A DNA stretch of 64,000 nt. Source: an uncultured Nitrososphaeraceae archaeon (GTDB lineage Archaea > Thermoproteota > Nitrososphaeria > Nitrososphaerales > Nitrososphaeraceae). The notes under the pieces were generated by a model. That model ran no database searches, was not told the DNA's origin, and saw only the letters and a list, made by a program, of their open reading frames with translations. The stretch spans positions 928,001 through 992,000 of the forward strand of contig CAVZZA010000003.1 of NCBI GenBank assembly GCA_963779615.1, in the 5' to 3' direction. Shown here piece by piece: positions 11,727-23,309 of the stretch. Made by a program: the position numbers and the translations under genes. The stretch's first letter is position 1. Each line of letters starts with the position of its first letter.

Positions 11727-12349
11727 AATTTATTTTTTGTTTTAGATCACATCTCTTGTTTTAGAAGACGCTTATCAGGACTTTTAAAGTGTAAGGCTTA
11801 TTTATCAAAAAGAAACATCATTTGGAGATAAGAAATACCGTTCTCCACATGCATCACACTTTTCAATGAGTCATTTTATTCCACGCACAATCAACTAAAT
11901 ACATCTTATGGATTGTTTTTAATACGGTAAAAAAAGGTAATGACATTTAGCATTAAATTCCATAGAATGATTTTTAAGTTAAGTTAGCCCACGTATGGAC
12001 GTATGAGATTAAAAAACGGTTGTATGATATTACAGATATAAATTTATCATGACAGCAAAATAGAAGTATTTTGTGCAATTCAAAATTATATTGTTTCAAA
12101 AGATATAAATTTTGAAATTTTAACTGCACCACTAAAGCCGATGCAACAAAAAATCAATAGGGGCTTTAATACTAGATCATATTAATAGGAACAAATTCTA
12201 TTTTTTTGGTTAATGCATAGCCCATACTGAATATTAATCATGTGAACATTATAAAAAATTAGTTACCAAAAATGAAATATTTGTATACCAAACGTCAGTC
12301 AATATCTTGACAAAAAGTCTTTTGATATATCATGTTTAATTACATTAGT

Positions 12350-12731
12350 GTGAAAAAAATGAATATTTGTTCAGGCTCGTCAGAGTTAATAATTGGATAT
12401 TCAAGATTAGTCAAACTGACAATCGGTATCCATTTCATGTACAACATCAACAGATGAAATGGGAATTTTTGTAGGATCTGGAAAGTCATATTTACAAACC
12501 AAACACATTATTCAAATAATTGAAAAGTCATTGAAAAGGATTGATTCAAACCTAACTGCTGCGGTAAGAACAAGAACACACGTAACTAATATCGAGGAAT
12601 GGAAACTTTTAGGCAGAGCCCATGCTGAATCATCTATAGACATTCAGCCTGCAACAGCCATGGTGGAAGTAGAAAGGCTAGCTTGGCCAAAAATGCTTGT
12701 AGAAATGGAAGCAGATGCAATATTAAAATAA
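12350..12731 (+). pseudogene. RidA/YjgF-family pseudogene (frameshifted)
   Basis: 5' frame 'KKMNICSGSSELIIGYSRLVK' shifts into 'TTSTDEMG..VRTRTHVTNIEEW..GRAH..PATAMVEV..LVEMEADA'. Confidence 0.8.
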
Positions 12732-12818
12732 CCAACCTCATTGCATTTGTTACTGCCCCATCCTCCATAAATTCAACATTGTGTTTGTACTAAGTTTGAT
12801 ATAAATTGAGGTTTTTGG

Positions 12819-13799
12819 TGCCCTGTTGCATAACTATCAATCACTAATTACATACAGATTGTTCAGACCATTCTTGTAAACAGGTTGTACAACGGTACCT
12901 TTATCATATCTCTTTTATCATGTTTTGAAATCGGGCTGATGTTACATGTTCACCAAACATCCGATTGAAGGTTGAAAATACAGTTTTGCCACCCATCTTT
13001 GCCCATACCTTCTTTTCTTTTTCCATTCGAGAAAGTCATTTGTTTGTTGCCCACTTGCTTTATTCCTTACCTTGTTATTTTTGGATGAAACAATGGATTT
13101 CTTTTTACCTTGATTATGGGTTTAATCCTTTTATCATTCAGGAATTTAAATTTTCATTGGAATCATAGGCACCGTCCGCCAATACAGATCTGACCTTTTC
13201 GTTATGGTTGCCATTCAAGATATGTTTAACCAGTTTCTTCATCACTTTTCCATCATGCGTCTTCTCATCCGTTACTTCTAACGCAAGGATTTCCTTGGTC
13301 TTGATGTCTACCGCAACATGGATTTTGAGATAACCTCTATTCTTTTCCCTTCCGACTCCCCACTTGTCATACATCCATTGTTCTCTGTTAGCTACCTTGA
13401 TTCCTGTACTGTCAATCGCAATTATTGGATCTTCATCACCATCTATGATTTAATTGATACCACTTTTCAACTTGTTTGCTCTTCGGTTAATCTGTGAATA
13501 ACTTGGATGATTTGGCAACCTCTTACCTGTACCTTAACTATTCCTTCCTTTTGTCCATATGACAGATGAAAACACAATCTCATGTTACCAATAACCAGAA
13601 TGAATGATTCAGGATACCTGTATTTTTTACATGACTTTTTTCATTCATCTTCGCTATCTTGAGTCCCCAAATCAAGAAAATCATATGAAAAAAGTATCTC
13701 TCCAAGTCGAACTAAGGACCTGTCATAGGAAGGCCAATCAACCACAGATAACGGAATAACCTAAAATAAGCTAAATAGAGGGAGTTATGCAACAAATCA
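12819..13799 (-). mobile_element. IS5-family (IS903-like) element, decayed transposase
   Basis: Imperfect terminal IRs TGCCCTGTTGCATAACT (12819) and AGTTATGCAACAAATCA (13783-13799). 8-bp TSD GTTTTTGG at 12811-12818 and 13800-13807. Fragments 'DWPSYDRSLV', 'IAIDSTGIK', 'YLKIHVAVD', 'LADGAYDS' with several frameshifts. Confidence 0.92.
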
Positions 13800-14047
13800 G
13801 TTTTTGGCACATTTGAAAACCTTTTACCTTCAACATCATCACTGTTTAGATAAAACATGAAAATCAAATACGATTAATAATATTTTTTATTTAAATCCTG
13901 AGTCAATGGAATTGGCTTTGTTACCTGCAGTGCATATCATTGCTTTTGGCAGTAATACAAGAACAAGAAAATTATCAAGTCATAATATCATGTATTTGAA
14001 TGCCAAAGAAATTCGTTGGCATTGTAAAACAGAATACAAAAAACAAA

Positions 14048-14440
14048 TCATTCCACCTTCCCGTATTCTCTTTCCTTTTTCCAAATACTTCTCTTTTTAT
14101 TCAAAATTTCAAAGTTCTCATAAATATATGGCCTTTTTGTCCTCATTCCCTCAATTATTGGTTTTGCTTTGTGCCAGAATGGAGTAGGATTAAATATGTC
14201 AAAGTAAAGGTCAGGATCTATTAACCCATGAGTCATTAGAACCCCAGACAACTCAAAGAAACCACAAACAGCAATAAAATGGGATTTTTCAATTGAAGAA
14301 TTTGAATATTTCTCTTGATATTCCTCGTAGCTATTCGCATCTAAATTATCCAAAAACCAAAGTCTAGAAGATCTGTGACTATCGTTAATTTTGTAAAGGT
14401 CTAAAATTATGTTCACTTTGCTATTATCAGTAGTAGACAT
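14048..14440 (-). CDS. DUF4760-like hypothetical protein
   Basis: 'FFELSGVLMTHGLIDPDLYFD..YENFEIL' pattern. Confidence 0.65.
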   Translation of the reverse strand: MSTTDNSKVNIILDLYKINDSHRSSRLWFLDNLDANSYEEYQEKYSNSSIEKSHFIAVCGFFELSGVLMTHGLIDPDLYFDIFNPTPFWHKAKPIIEGMRTKRPYIYENFEILNKKRSIWKKEREYGKVE

Positions 14441-14592
14441 ACATCATAATTCTCTGTAATATGGAATAAATGTGTGTGTTTCTTTTTTGGCTCTTCATTT
14501 AAGGAAAACCCGTATCTTAAGGATATAATATTTCATTTATGGAGTTTTAAAAGAAATGGGATTACAAAATAACAGATATGTCGAATTCTGAG

Positions 14593-14925
14593 TTAGTATA
14601 CTAACCCAGCAGCCATAGTAACATCGGAGGCATTTTTATATGATCTTTCTTCTAATTTATTTAATGCAGACAGTATTTCGTCTTTAGTTTGATCATTAGA
14701 AGACCCTTGCTTAATAAATTCAATTATCTTGCCTTTTTCTGCAGGAAAATCCATATCCTTTAACAGTTGGCCAATTTCAGCAACCTTTGAGTAACTTTCA
14801 ACATTAACTTCTTTTCTTAGCCCTTCTATTGCATTTTGATCACTAATCACCTTTCCCGTATGTCCCTGAGAATCATCTTCTTTAGGAATTTGATCTGCAT
14901 TACCTTCCTTACTAAATTTTTCCAT
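14593..14925 (-). CDS. DUF2795 domain protein
   Basis: 'LKDMDFPAEK..L..LEERSY.NASDV'. Confidence 0.8.
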   Translation of the reverse strand: MEKFSKEGNADQIPKEDDSQGHTGKVISDQNAIEGLRKEVNVESYSKVAEIGQLLKDMDFPAEKGKIIEFIKQGSSNDQTKDEILSALNKLEERSYKNASDVTMAAGLVY

Positions 14926-15771
14926 AAAAATATACTGTCTATATTCTATTTAAAGATATGATAGAAAGATATTTAAAAAGAAGGTTTTTAAATTACCCTT
15001 TTTATGTAATTTGCACTATAAGAAGTACAACCATATTAAGAGGCATTTCAAAGGAAGGTTTTCATGCCATTTTAATAATTTTAATAATTTTAATAATACC
15101 ATGATAACATGCACCACATACCATTTTGAGGCGTACCATCCATAGTGTATATCATATAGACATTAGCATGAGTAAAAACAAACTATTGTTATAATAATAA
15201 TGAACATCTTAAATCCCATCAACTTCTATTTCCTTCGTGCTATTACCCAAACGAGGACAATTGTGGATAAAAGAACATGAAATCATACTTTTATATCAAC
15301 AGTACCTAAATTATTAGCAATATGAAAAAAATTAGAGAAGATTTGGCAGAAAATATAATGTATCCATCAAGACTATCATTTGCTTGTGCATTTTATAGAA
15401 TATAAAGTATTATTAACAGATTTTTAAAAGAAAATAAAAAACATTATTGAAGATAAAGTTTTAAGAATTAAGAAGGCCCTGCCTTTTAAAGATATTGTCA
15501 CCTTTTTGTCCGCTCTAGTTCTCTCAAAGAAGAATAGAGATACGCCAAGGGATCAAAAAATCCTGATTTGTCCTCAAGTGCAAATTGAGTATTGCCATCC
15601 AAGCAAGGTAGCTCTCATTACCTAGCATTTAAATTCAAGACTATAAGCAGTAAGGGACTTCCCTTAGACAGTCATTTATACATCATGCATTGCATGATGC
15701 AATACACAAATGCAGTACAAAAAAAACCAGGTGGCTTTAATGTGTATACAATATTCCTTGTTCTTGAGATC

Positions 15772-15978
15772 TCATCTTTTAGATTCATCAACCATCTCTT
15801 TAACTCTGCCAATTATTCCGCTTTCCAACAGAACTTTAATTCCATGAGGATGAGATTCAGAGCTGGTCAGTATCTTTTTTACTACGCCTTCAGTTAACTT
15901 GCCTGTTTTTTGATCAACTTTTTGTATCACTTTTACAAGAGAACCACGTTTTATATTGTCCCGAAAATTGCCTTTCAA
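15772..15978 (-). CDS. YwbE (DUF2196) family protein
   Basis: 'KVDQKTGKLTEGVVKKILTSSESHPHGIKVLLESGIIGRV'. Confidence 0.9.
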   Translation of the reverse strand: MKGNFRDNIKRGSLVKVIQKVDQKTGKLTEGVVKKILTSSESHPHGIKVLLESGIIGRVKEMVDESKR

Positions 15979-16654
15979 CCTAATAACTTTGGAGACGCAA
16001 GATAATAAATTTAGGTTTCATGGAGGCAGATTTGGATACTTTCCATACATACTTCAGCAGCAGTTTTGCCTTTTGCCATATACTGATGCGTTTTTAATAA
16101 ATAAATATTATTTTTAGAAAATTGAGCTATTTATAAATTAAGGAACTATCTTGCTAAATCTATAACATGTAATTAGATGTTTTAATAAAAGTAACACCTT
16201 CAAAAGTTAATAACACTATACAAGTAATTGGATGACACAAATTACAGGCAAGATATAAGAAGATGTTGAAGACTTTGGATTAAACTTAAGGATGAGAATA
16301 GTATCAAATAATACAGATTGATTGACATTGATAATCCCTCCTTTCCATCTACACCATATTGTTAAATCATTGGATCAAACACAAGTAGTAGTCAAGCAGC
16401 ATAGAAAAATTTCAATAAATTAGTGGAAAAGGATCTAATTTCGGGCATAACCATTGAAACACACAAGTACAGTTCATCACACCCCAGAATGATAGCAACA
16501 GATGATAGTTGTTAAAAATAAAAATTTTCATAAAAGACTAAAAAAGACAAAATTTCTTTATAAGAATGTTATAAATTATTATTATATTAGTAAAATACTG
16601 AAAGATATAATATATTCTATTTCCATATCATAATTAGGTACTGTCGGGGAGAAG

Positions 16655-19600
16655 TTGAATTCATTGGCAATTACAACCAGCATTAGAAAAGCACCCATTG
16701 CAATTGGAATTTCCATTATTTTCCTTGTGATTATCGATTTACTTATGACTCGCCAGCTTTTGCCGTACAATGATACTTCTGAAACCCTGATGTTTATACT
16801 AACTATGTCCATTGGATATGGAATAGGTTCATTGATTCTCCTAGAATATGCTCACCGGGTAAGCAAAGAAATCAGAAGTAAATCTCATTTTATCAATATA
16901 ATGCACTGGTCAGTCATTATAATTCAATCTTTATTATTCGGAATACTATTATTAATGCTTCTTCTTGGCAATACTGGCCATTTTTTTTCTCGTACAGTGT
17001 TTGCAGTCAGTTCAATATTTGCGACAATAATCATGTTGGCAATTTCCCTCAAATTCTTTTCATGGTATAAAGCAAGCAATTACAAAACTCCCGTAGTTTT
17101 ATTTTATGCTATTGCGGCTTTAACACTTGCTTTTTCAATAGGAGAAGACGCCGGTACCAAATTATTAATGGTAAATGTAATACAAGAAAAATCACCAGAT
17201 GGAGCACTAACTGGATCATCTTTTCTATATACCTCATCCGAAAAGTACGATGGCCAACTAATATTTAAGGAAGTGAAATCAGATATCACTACATTATATA
17301 TCATACCAAACCCATATCTTGAATTATACAACTATCTAAATTCCATAGTACTTCCCTTAGGGTTTGTATTTAGATGGATAGCTTCCACGATGCTTTTACG
17401 CAACGTATATCAGAGAGTATCCAAACTCCCTATCTCAATATGGATTATACTTTTTCTTCCACTAATACTTTATTTAATCGGAAAAATGCCTGGTTTTTTT
17501 TCTGGCGAAAGCCTGACAGGAATAGATGAAGCGTATCGCTTTTACTTTAGAATTCTTTTTAGAGCTGGAACTATAGCAGGCAATATTCTTTTTGGTCTTG
17601 CTTTTTTTATAGTGGCCAAAAGTTTGACATCCTCAAAAGTAAAAGATTATCTTATTATTGCAGGAATTGGCAACACGATAGTCGGTATTTCCCTTTCCAC
17701 CTCTGCAATTGAACCAACTTATGGAGTAGCCGCTCATTCATTAGTATTATTATCTTCATATTTGTTTACTTTGGGCCTTTACTCTTCAGCAATTTCAGCA
17801 TCCCAAGATCTAAAATTACGTCAATCTATTAGGGAATCTGCAATCGATGAATCAAAACTATTAGTAGGAATTGGATCAGCACAGATGATACAAAAAATAG
17901 AAACGAAGGTAAGGTCAGTTGTGCAAAATGAAAAAGAGCAGTTAGTGGAACATACAGGAGTACAGCCTTCTTTTACAGAATACGATATGAAACAGTATTT
18001 AACTACAGTATTAAAGGAAATTAAAATAATACAAAATATTGACGACATCGTAAAAAAAGAAAGAAACATTTTATCAGACTCTTCAGAATTTCTATTGTGC
18101 TCAAAATCCAATGGATTAAGATTGGCCTATAACAATTACTTTGAAACGTATCAAAAAATAACGGCTAAACAAAAAAATAAAGAACATAAAGGCATAAGAC
18201 TAGTTACATCCATTCTAGATAAGGATGATGTAGATCTGGTTTATAAGTTCCTTAACATAGGTGTGAACGTAAGGCACATCAAAAATATACCTCCAATTGG
18301 CTTTGCCATATCGGAAAAAGAAATGATTGCCACAATACAAAAAACTGAGAGTGGACAGGTAATTCAGAATCTTCTTACAACTAACGAACAAGCATACATA
18401 AAGCACTTTGTTTCCATCTTTGATGAATTATGGAAAAGTGGAATTGATGCCAAGTATAAAATAAATGATATTGAACAGGGTATTGATAATCAGGGAATTG
18501 ACATAATTCAGAATCCTGAAGAAGTTAAAAAATTACTCTATGAACTCATGCAATCAGCAAGAGAAGAAATATTGGGGATATTTTCCACAGCCAATGCATT
18601 TCACCGTCAAGAATATGCAGGCTCTTTTCAATTATTGAAAGAACTGGTAGGATTACATGGCATAAAAGCAAGGATACTTGTACCTGCTGACAACTTAATT
18701 AAGCAAACAATAAACGAATTAGAGACAGGGCAGCTATCAAATAAAATTAACATCAGGTTGATAGAGCCCAGTATGCAAACCAAAGTCTCGATATTAGTAA
18801 TAGACAAAAAATATTCCCTTGTCATAGAATTAAAAGATGACACAAAACAATCTACTGAAGAGGCGATTGGTCTAGCCACCTATTCTAACAGCAAATCCAC
18901 TGTTCTGTCATATTCTTCCATATTTGAAAGCCTCTGGAAGCAAACAGAGCTGTATGAACAGCTCCAAATACACGACAAGATTCAAAAAGAGTTTATCAAC
19001 ACAGCAGCCCATGAGCTGCGGACGCCAATACAGCCAATACTCGGGATAACTGACATTCTCAAGGGAAGTGTAACAGACGACAGGCACAAGGAGTTGCTTG
19101 ATGTCATTGGCAGAAACGCAAAGAGGCTGAAAAAACTATCCGAGAATATCCTGGAGGTGTCAAAAATTGAGAGCAACTCGATGGGCCTAGTTAAAGAGCA
19201 TTTCAGGATTGTTGAGACAATACTTGACAACATCAACAGCTACAAAAACAACACAGATGGCAAAAGCATAAAGTTTGAGTACCGAGTTGGATGGTGATGG
19301 CGACGGTTTGACCGTTTATGGGGACAGCAATGGCATAAGCCAGGTTATCTCAAACCTAATCAGCAACTCCATCAAGTTTATCTCTTTCAAAAAACAAGAA
19401 GGGGGAGTTATCACCATACTCGCTAAACGGAAAAGAATTGGTGAACAGAATGAAGGTGTTAAAGAAATGGTTATTGTCAGTGTAAAAGACACGGGCATTG
19501 GAATTGATGAAGAAGTTTTTCCAAGGCTGTTTACAAAGTTTACTACAAAATCATTTCAGGGAATTGGCCTTGGACTCTATATCTCAAAAAACATAGTGGG

Positions 19601-19694
19601 AGCGCATGGTGGAAGCATATGGGCTGAAAACAATAAGGATGGGCGAGGAGCTACCTTCTCATTTAGCATGCCTTTAACAGCTAAAAATAAATAA
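16655..19694 (+). pseudogene. Multi-TM sensor histidine kinase split by a frameshift (ORFs 16655-19297 and 19275-19694)
   Basis: About 11 TM helices, two TrmB/PLD-like cytoplasmic repeats and H-box AAHELRTPIQP in ORF1. N, G1, F and G2 boxes (QVISNLISNSIKF, DTGIGID, LFTKF, GIGLGL) in ORF2. Frame break near 19280-19295, which could be a sequencing error. Confidence 0.85.
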
Positions 19695-19992
19695 TTTTGT
19701 CCATCACTTTTAATCCACAATTGTTAAAGATTTAAAGAAAGATTTTGTAACGTATCACAACGTACTATTGTGATTGAAGACTGATAAACAATAACAAGAC
19801 AAATAAATCATTTGTCTATTTATATAACTATCCTATCTGAAAATTTTTTTTTGGCCTTTCACTTTATCATATTTAATTTATAGGCAAGATATTTTTCTTT
19901 ACTGCCAAAGTAGCAAAAAAAACAGTGCATATTTTAATTGCAAGCACCTCAAAAAAACTAAGATAATCAATGTAGTAACAAACACTGTTTTT

Positions 19993-20270
19993 CATTCTTT
20001 ATTTTGGGGTTTCGTTGCCAGTATTCCTTCTATTATTAGGATCTATCTTGGCTTTGTTGTCAAGTTTGCCAAGATCAATAATTGCTACTATAATGGCTTT
20101 TGGTAGTGGAATGCTGATTGCTGCTTTAGCTTTTTCATGGACAGAAGAATCATTCAGCTGACTCAATCTTTTCCCCTGTCATAATAGCATCATTGCTGGA
20201 GGATTTTCATATACAATAGAAAATCATGATTTAAACAAAAAATCATCAAGCAAGTCTAGAAAAAAAGAAG
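19993..20270 (+). pseudogene. ZIP/ZupT-type metal transporter N-terminal remnant
   Basis: 'LFWGFVAS/LLLGSILA..IIATIMAFGSGMLIAALAFS..EES' with frameshifts and stops. Confidence 0.7.
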
Positions 20271-20451
20271 GCAATGTGTATGAATGGCATAAAGTGGATA
20301 TAGGTGTGAATTATTTAAAAAATTAGGGACGACATCAAATGTTTTGGTGTATATTGCCATACCATTTAGGTTTAAACAAAAAATTGAGTCAAGTATACCT
20401 AATTAAAATTTTTACTAAAACAAATTAAGAGGATATTGCATGTATAACCAC

Positions 20452-20646
20452 TTATGTTTTTGGAAAAGGATCTATTTTTTGCTCTGGCGAAATTTCCTCT
20501 TTTGAATTATTGGACTGACCCTGTTTATGAGCATGATTGACATGATCTTCTAATTCGTCTTTATTACGAGCAACTAATCCACACATACCACATGTTTGTT
20601 GTCTTGATTCATCGGAGTTTATTCGACTTTGACCCATTATACTCAC
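20452..20646 (-). CDS. Small C2H2 zinc-finger protein
   Basis: CGMCG-x-DELEDHVNHAH. Confidence 0.8.
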   Translation of the reverse strand: MSIMGQSRINSDESRQQTCGMCGLVARNKDELEDHVNHAHKQGQSNNSKEEISPEQKIDPFPKT

Positions 20647-21328
20647 ATCATTTAGATCATATTTATGAATTTATATTACAAATCGTTTTCACTGTCAGAA
20701 CCATAGAACTCAAATGGCTAAACGTTTTTGATTGATTCAACAATTATTTCCTCTATGACATTTCTGCCAATAATTTTTCCCCCATCACAATCGTTTCAAA
20801 TTGTATTTTGATATCCCCAAAATGAATTAAAAGTATCAACAGTATAAAGAACTACAAAAGAAAACTCATGAATGGGAGAACTAAGATGATTTATTTGATA
20901 CTAGTAATAGTAATAACAACATTGATAAAAACAATAATGCCCCCCACCCGAACAAAATTAGATATTGTGCTATCCTATCCTACTATACATTTCAAAAATA
21001 ACAGAATTACTCAAAGCAAAATTTGAGAAATTTTAATTAAAGCATATCAATTAAGTTATGCTTGTTGAAATGAATTTTTTATGCATTAAGGATTGATGGA
21101 ATCTCACATGGCATAATGCTTTAAATCAAGTGATGTATACTACTTTTTTTATACAAAAGATTTCATCAAACTATTTAATCTAAATTCACAATCTTTCTAT
21201 TTTTTACAGGCACATTATGTAATTCACCATTATTAAAGTTAGGAGATGTTTAAAAAACTGTTGATAACCTACGGGTCTTATTTCGTATATAGCGAAACCA
21301 CTTTTAGGTATAATTACTACATGGTTTG

Positions 21329-21478
21329 TTACGGTGGAGTGGAATGCTCTTCTTCTTCACTTAGATAACTATCACTCAATGTCTCTTCAACATCATAATC
21401 GTTTTCACCATCATCCAAATTTTCTTCTCTATGGATTTTTTCTATTGCTTTGTCTTGGTTTTGGACATCGTCACTCAG
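21329..21478 (-). CDS. Candidate 49-aa acidic microprotein (CTG start)
   Basis: (M)SDDVQNQDKAIEKIHREENLDDGENDYDVEETLSDSYLSEEEEHSTPP*, an open purine-rich frame. Confidence 0.45.
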   Translation of the reverse strand: MSDDVQNQDKAIEKIHREENLDDGENDYDVEETLSDSYLSEEEEHSTPP

Positions 21479-22034
21479 AGCCGATATACATAAACAAAGT
21501 ATATCATACTGTATTTGAGTTACGCATCTTTTTTAAATGCATTTGAATATTGAACTTGATTTTCCATCATGGTAATTTATACAAAATAATATTATAACCA
21601 AGCAATTAAAAAAACTAACACAGGATCAATATTTTAAATAATCATCATTTTTTTCAACAATTGAATTTCCGAACGAGAATATAAATATCCAAAGGTATCG
21701 CCTATCAATTAGAATTATATGAAAATATTCTATAATGTTGATTCAACATATGCTAACTAACAGGCATATCTTCAATAAAAGGTTTGGAATAAAATACATT
21801 GTTTTACAATATAATCGAATGCTTTTTTTGTTAGCCCTTGGAAACTATCAAAATAGGCAGTTACTTTATAGTATAACCTGAGTTTTCTAGAATACTCAAC
21901 CACAGAAATGGTAAATGTACAAGTAACTCACCTAGCAATACATTTCTTTACTTTCAAATTAAAATAAATTAATAGCTATTTTGTGGTATTTTGAATACTA
22001 TTTCAAATTTCAAGTATAGATTGCATTCATATAT

Positions 22035-22056
22035 AAAAAGAGCCCTTAGGGGCTCT
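22035..22056 (-). terminator. GC hairpin plus U-tract (intrinsic-terminator-like)
   Basis: Minus strand AGAGCCC-CTAA-GGGCTCT-TTTT. Confidence 0.6.
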
Positions 22057-22520
22057 AGCCGTTTATACCGTTTAGATATTAACGGAGAACTTTGGAAATA
22101 CTATGATTATAACATATTTAAGGTTTACGATTAATAGTTTTATCAACATTCCTTTATTCGGATAGTCAAATTCAAACGCGAACCCTCGCAACAAACTTTG
22201 AGTGAAATGTGCTAACATGTGTATATGAAAGTTGCTCTTCCGCCATCTAAGGTCTGCAGTAATTGACATACTTCTAGCATTATATGACATAGGTAAAAAA
22301 GATGAATAAAATTAAAATTGGAATAAAGTCAAAAGCCATTGTTAAAATCAAAAGACAAAGGATCGGAATTGGGTAATCACAGCTAAAATCAAAAAAGACG
22401 CAACTAATCACAATTTATTGTTCAAATCAAATGCTAGAACTACCTGTACCGAGGATATGAGAAGAAGAGAAAGAAATTGGTTTTCGTTATTATCAATATG
22501 AAGGTCGTGATAGGCACAAG

Positions 22521-22928
22521 TTATTTTTTTAACGCTATCTTATTTATAATGTCCTTCACTAAATAGGAGTTTTCTTGTATAGAAGCATTTCCTATTGGAA
22601 ACAAATTATAGTTATGTTTTAACAAATCCATGCAACGATCTAAATCTTTGTCATAAACATATAAGACACTCCTAAAAAGGCCAATATTTTTGTGTCTATT
22701 TGGGTTTTCAGTTGATTCAACAAGATTACGGATATTTGATAAATAATACTCTTTAGTTTTATTTAATGATTTATCGATTCTTTCAAAGAAATCAATTAGA
22801 ACAAAATTATTGTTATTTTGCCTCTCATTTTTAATTTCAATCTTTATTTTATCCTTATAAAACTCAAATGCTTTATGTATTACATCAGAATAACTTAGAT
22901 AATTATTTTTTGCATCACCCGGATTCAC
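22521..22928 (-). CDS. Hypothetical protein
   Basis: 135-aa ORF in AT-rich DNA, no recognised motif. Confidence 0.55.
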   Translation of the reverse strand: MNPGDAKNNYLSYSDVIHKAFEFYKDKIKIEIKNERQNNNNFVLIDFFERIDKSLNKTKEYYLSNIRNLVESTENPNRHKNIGLFRSVLYVYDKDLDRCMDLLKHNYNLFPIGNASIQENSYLVKDIINKIALKK

Positions 22929-23309
22929 AGATATCTAATTTTATTTAAATCATATCGATGTATATTTTTTTTCAACAACATGTGATACCAAAGGTCTTTT
23001 TCTTATTTTCAAGCAATAAAAAATTTTTTAAGACAAATATAGCCTAAAATAAAAAAAACTAATTCCGATTTTTTGGAAACTTGGTAGACAGATTAGGTTA
23101 AGTTTTTTAAATCTATAATGTTGAACATCGGGTATCTCCCACTCTTTATCAAATAGTTAATAAAATAACAGACTTCACAACCATACAACAAAGCATTGTC
23201 TATCTCTCATTCATAATGAGTAGTTTTCGTTATCCTTTTTCATGTAATTGTATTAAATCGAAATGCTTGATACACATATTAGAAAGATTTCGTATAGGTG
23301 AAGTAAATT

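Noticed and set aside
11840-11875. 'IEKCDACGERYF' zinc-finger-like fragment on the minus strand
   Set aside because: Too short and interrupted to call.
15475-15720. GGCCCTGCCTTTTAAAG IS-like end with slightly GC-richer DNA
   Set aside because: No partner IR and no convincing transposase motif.
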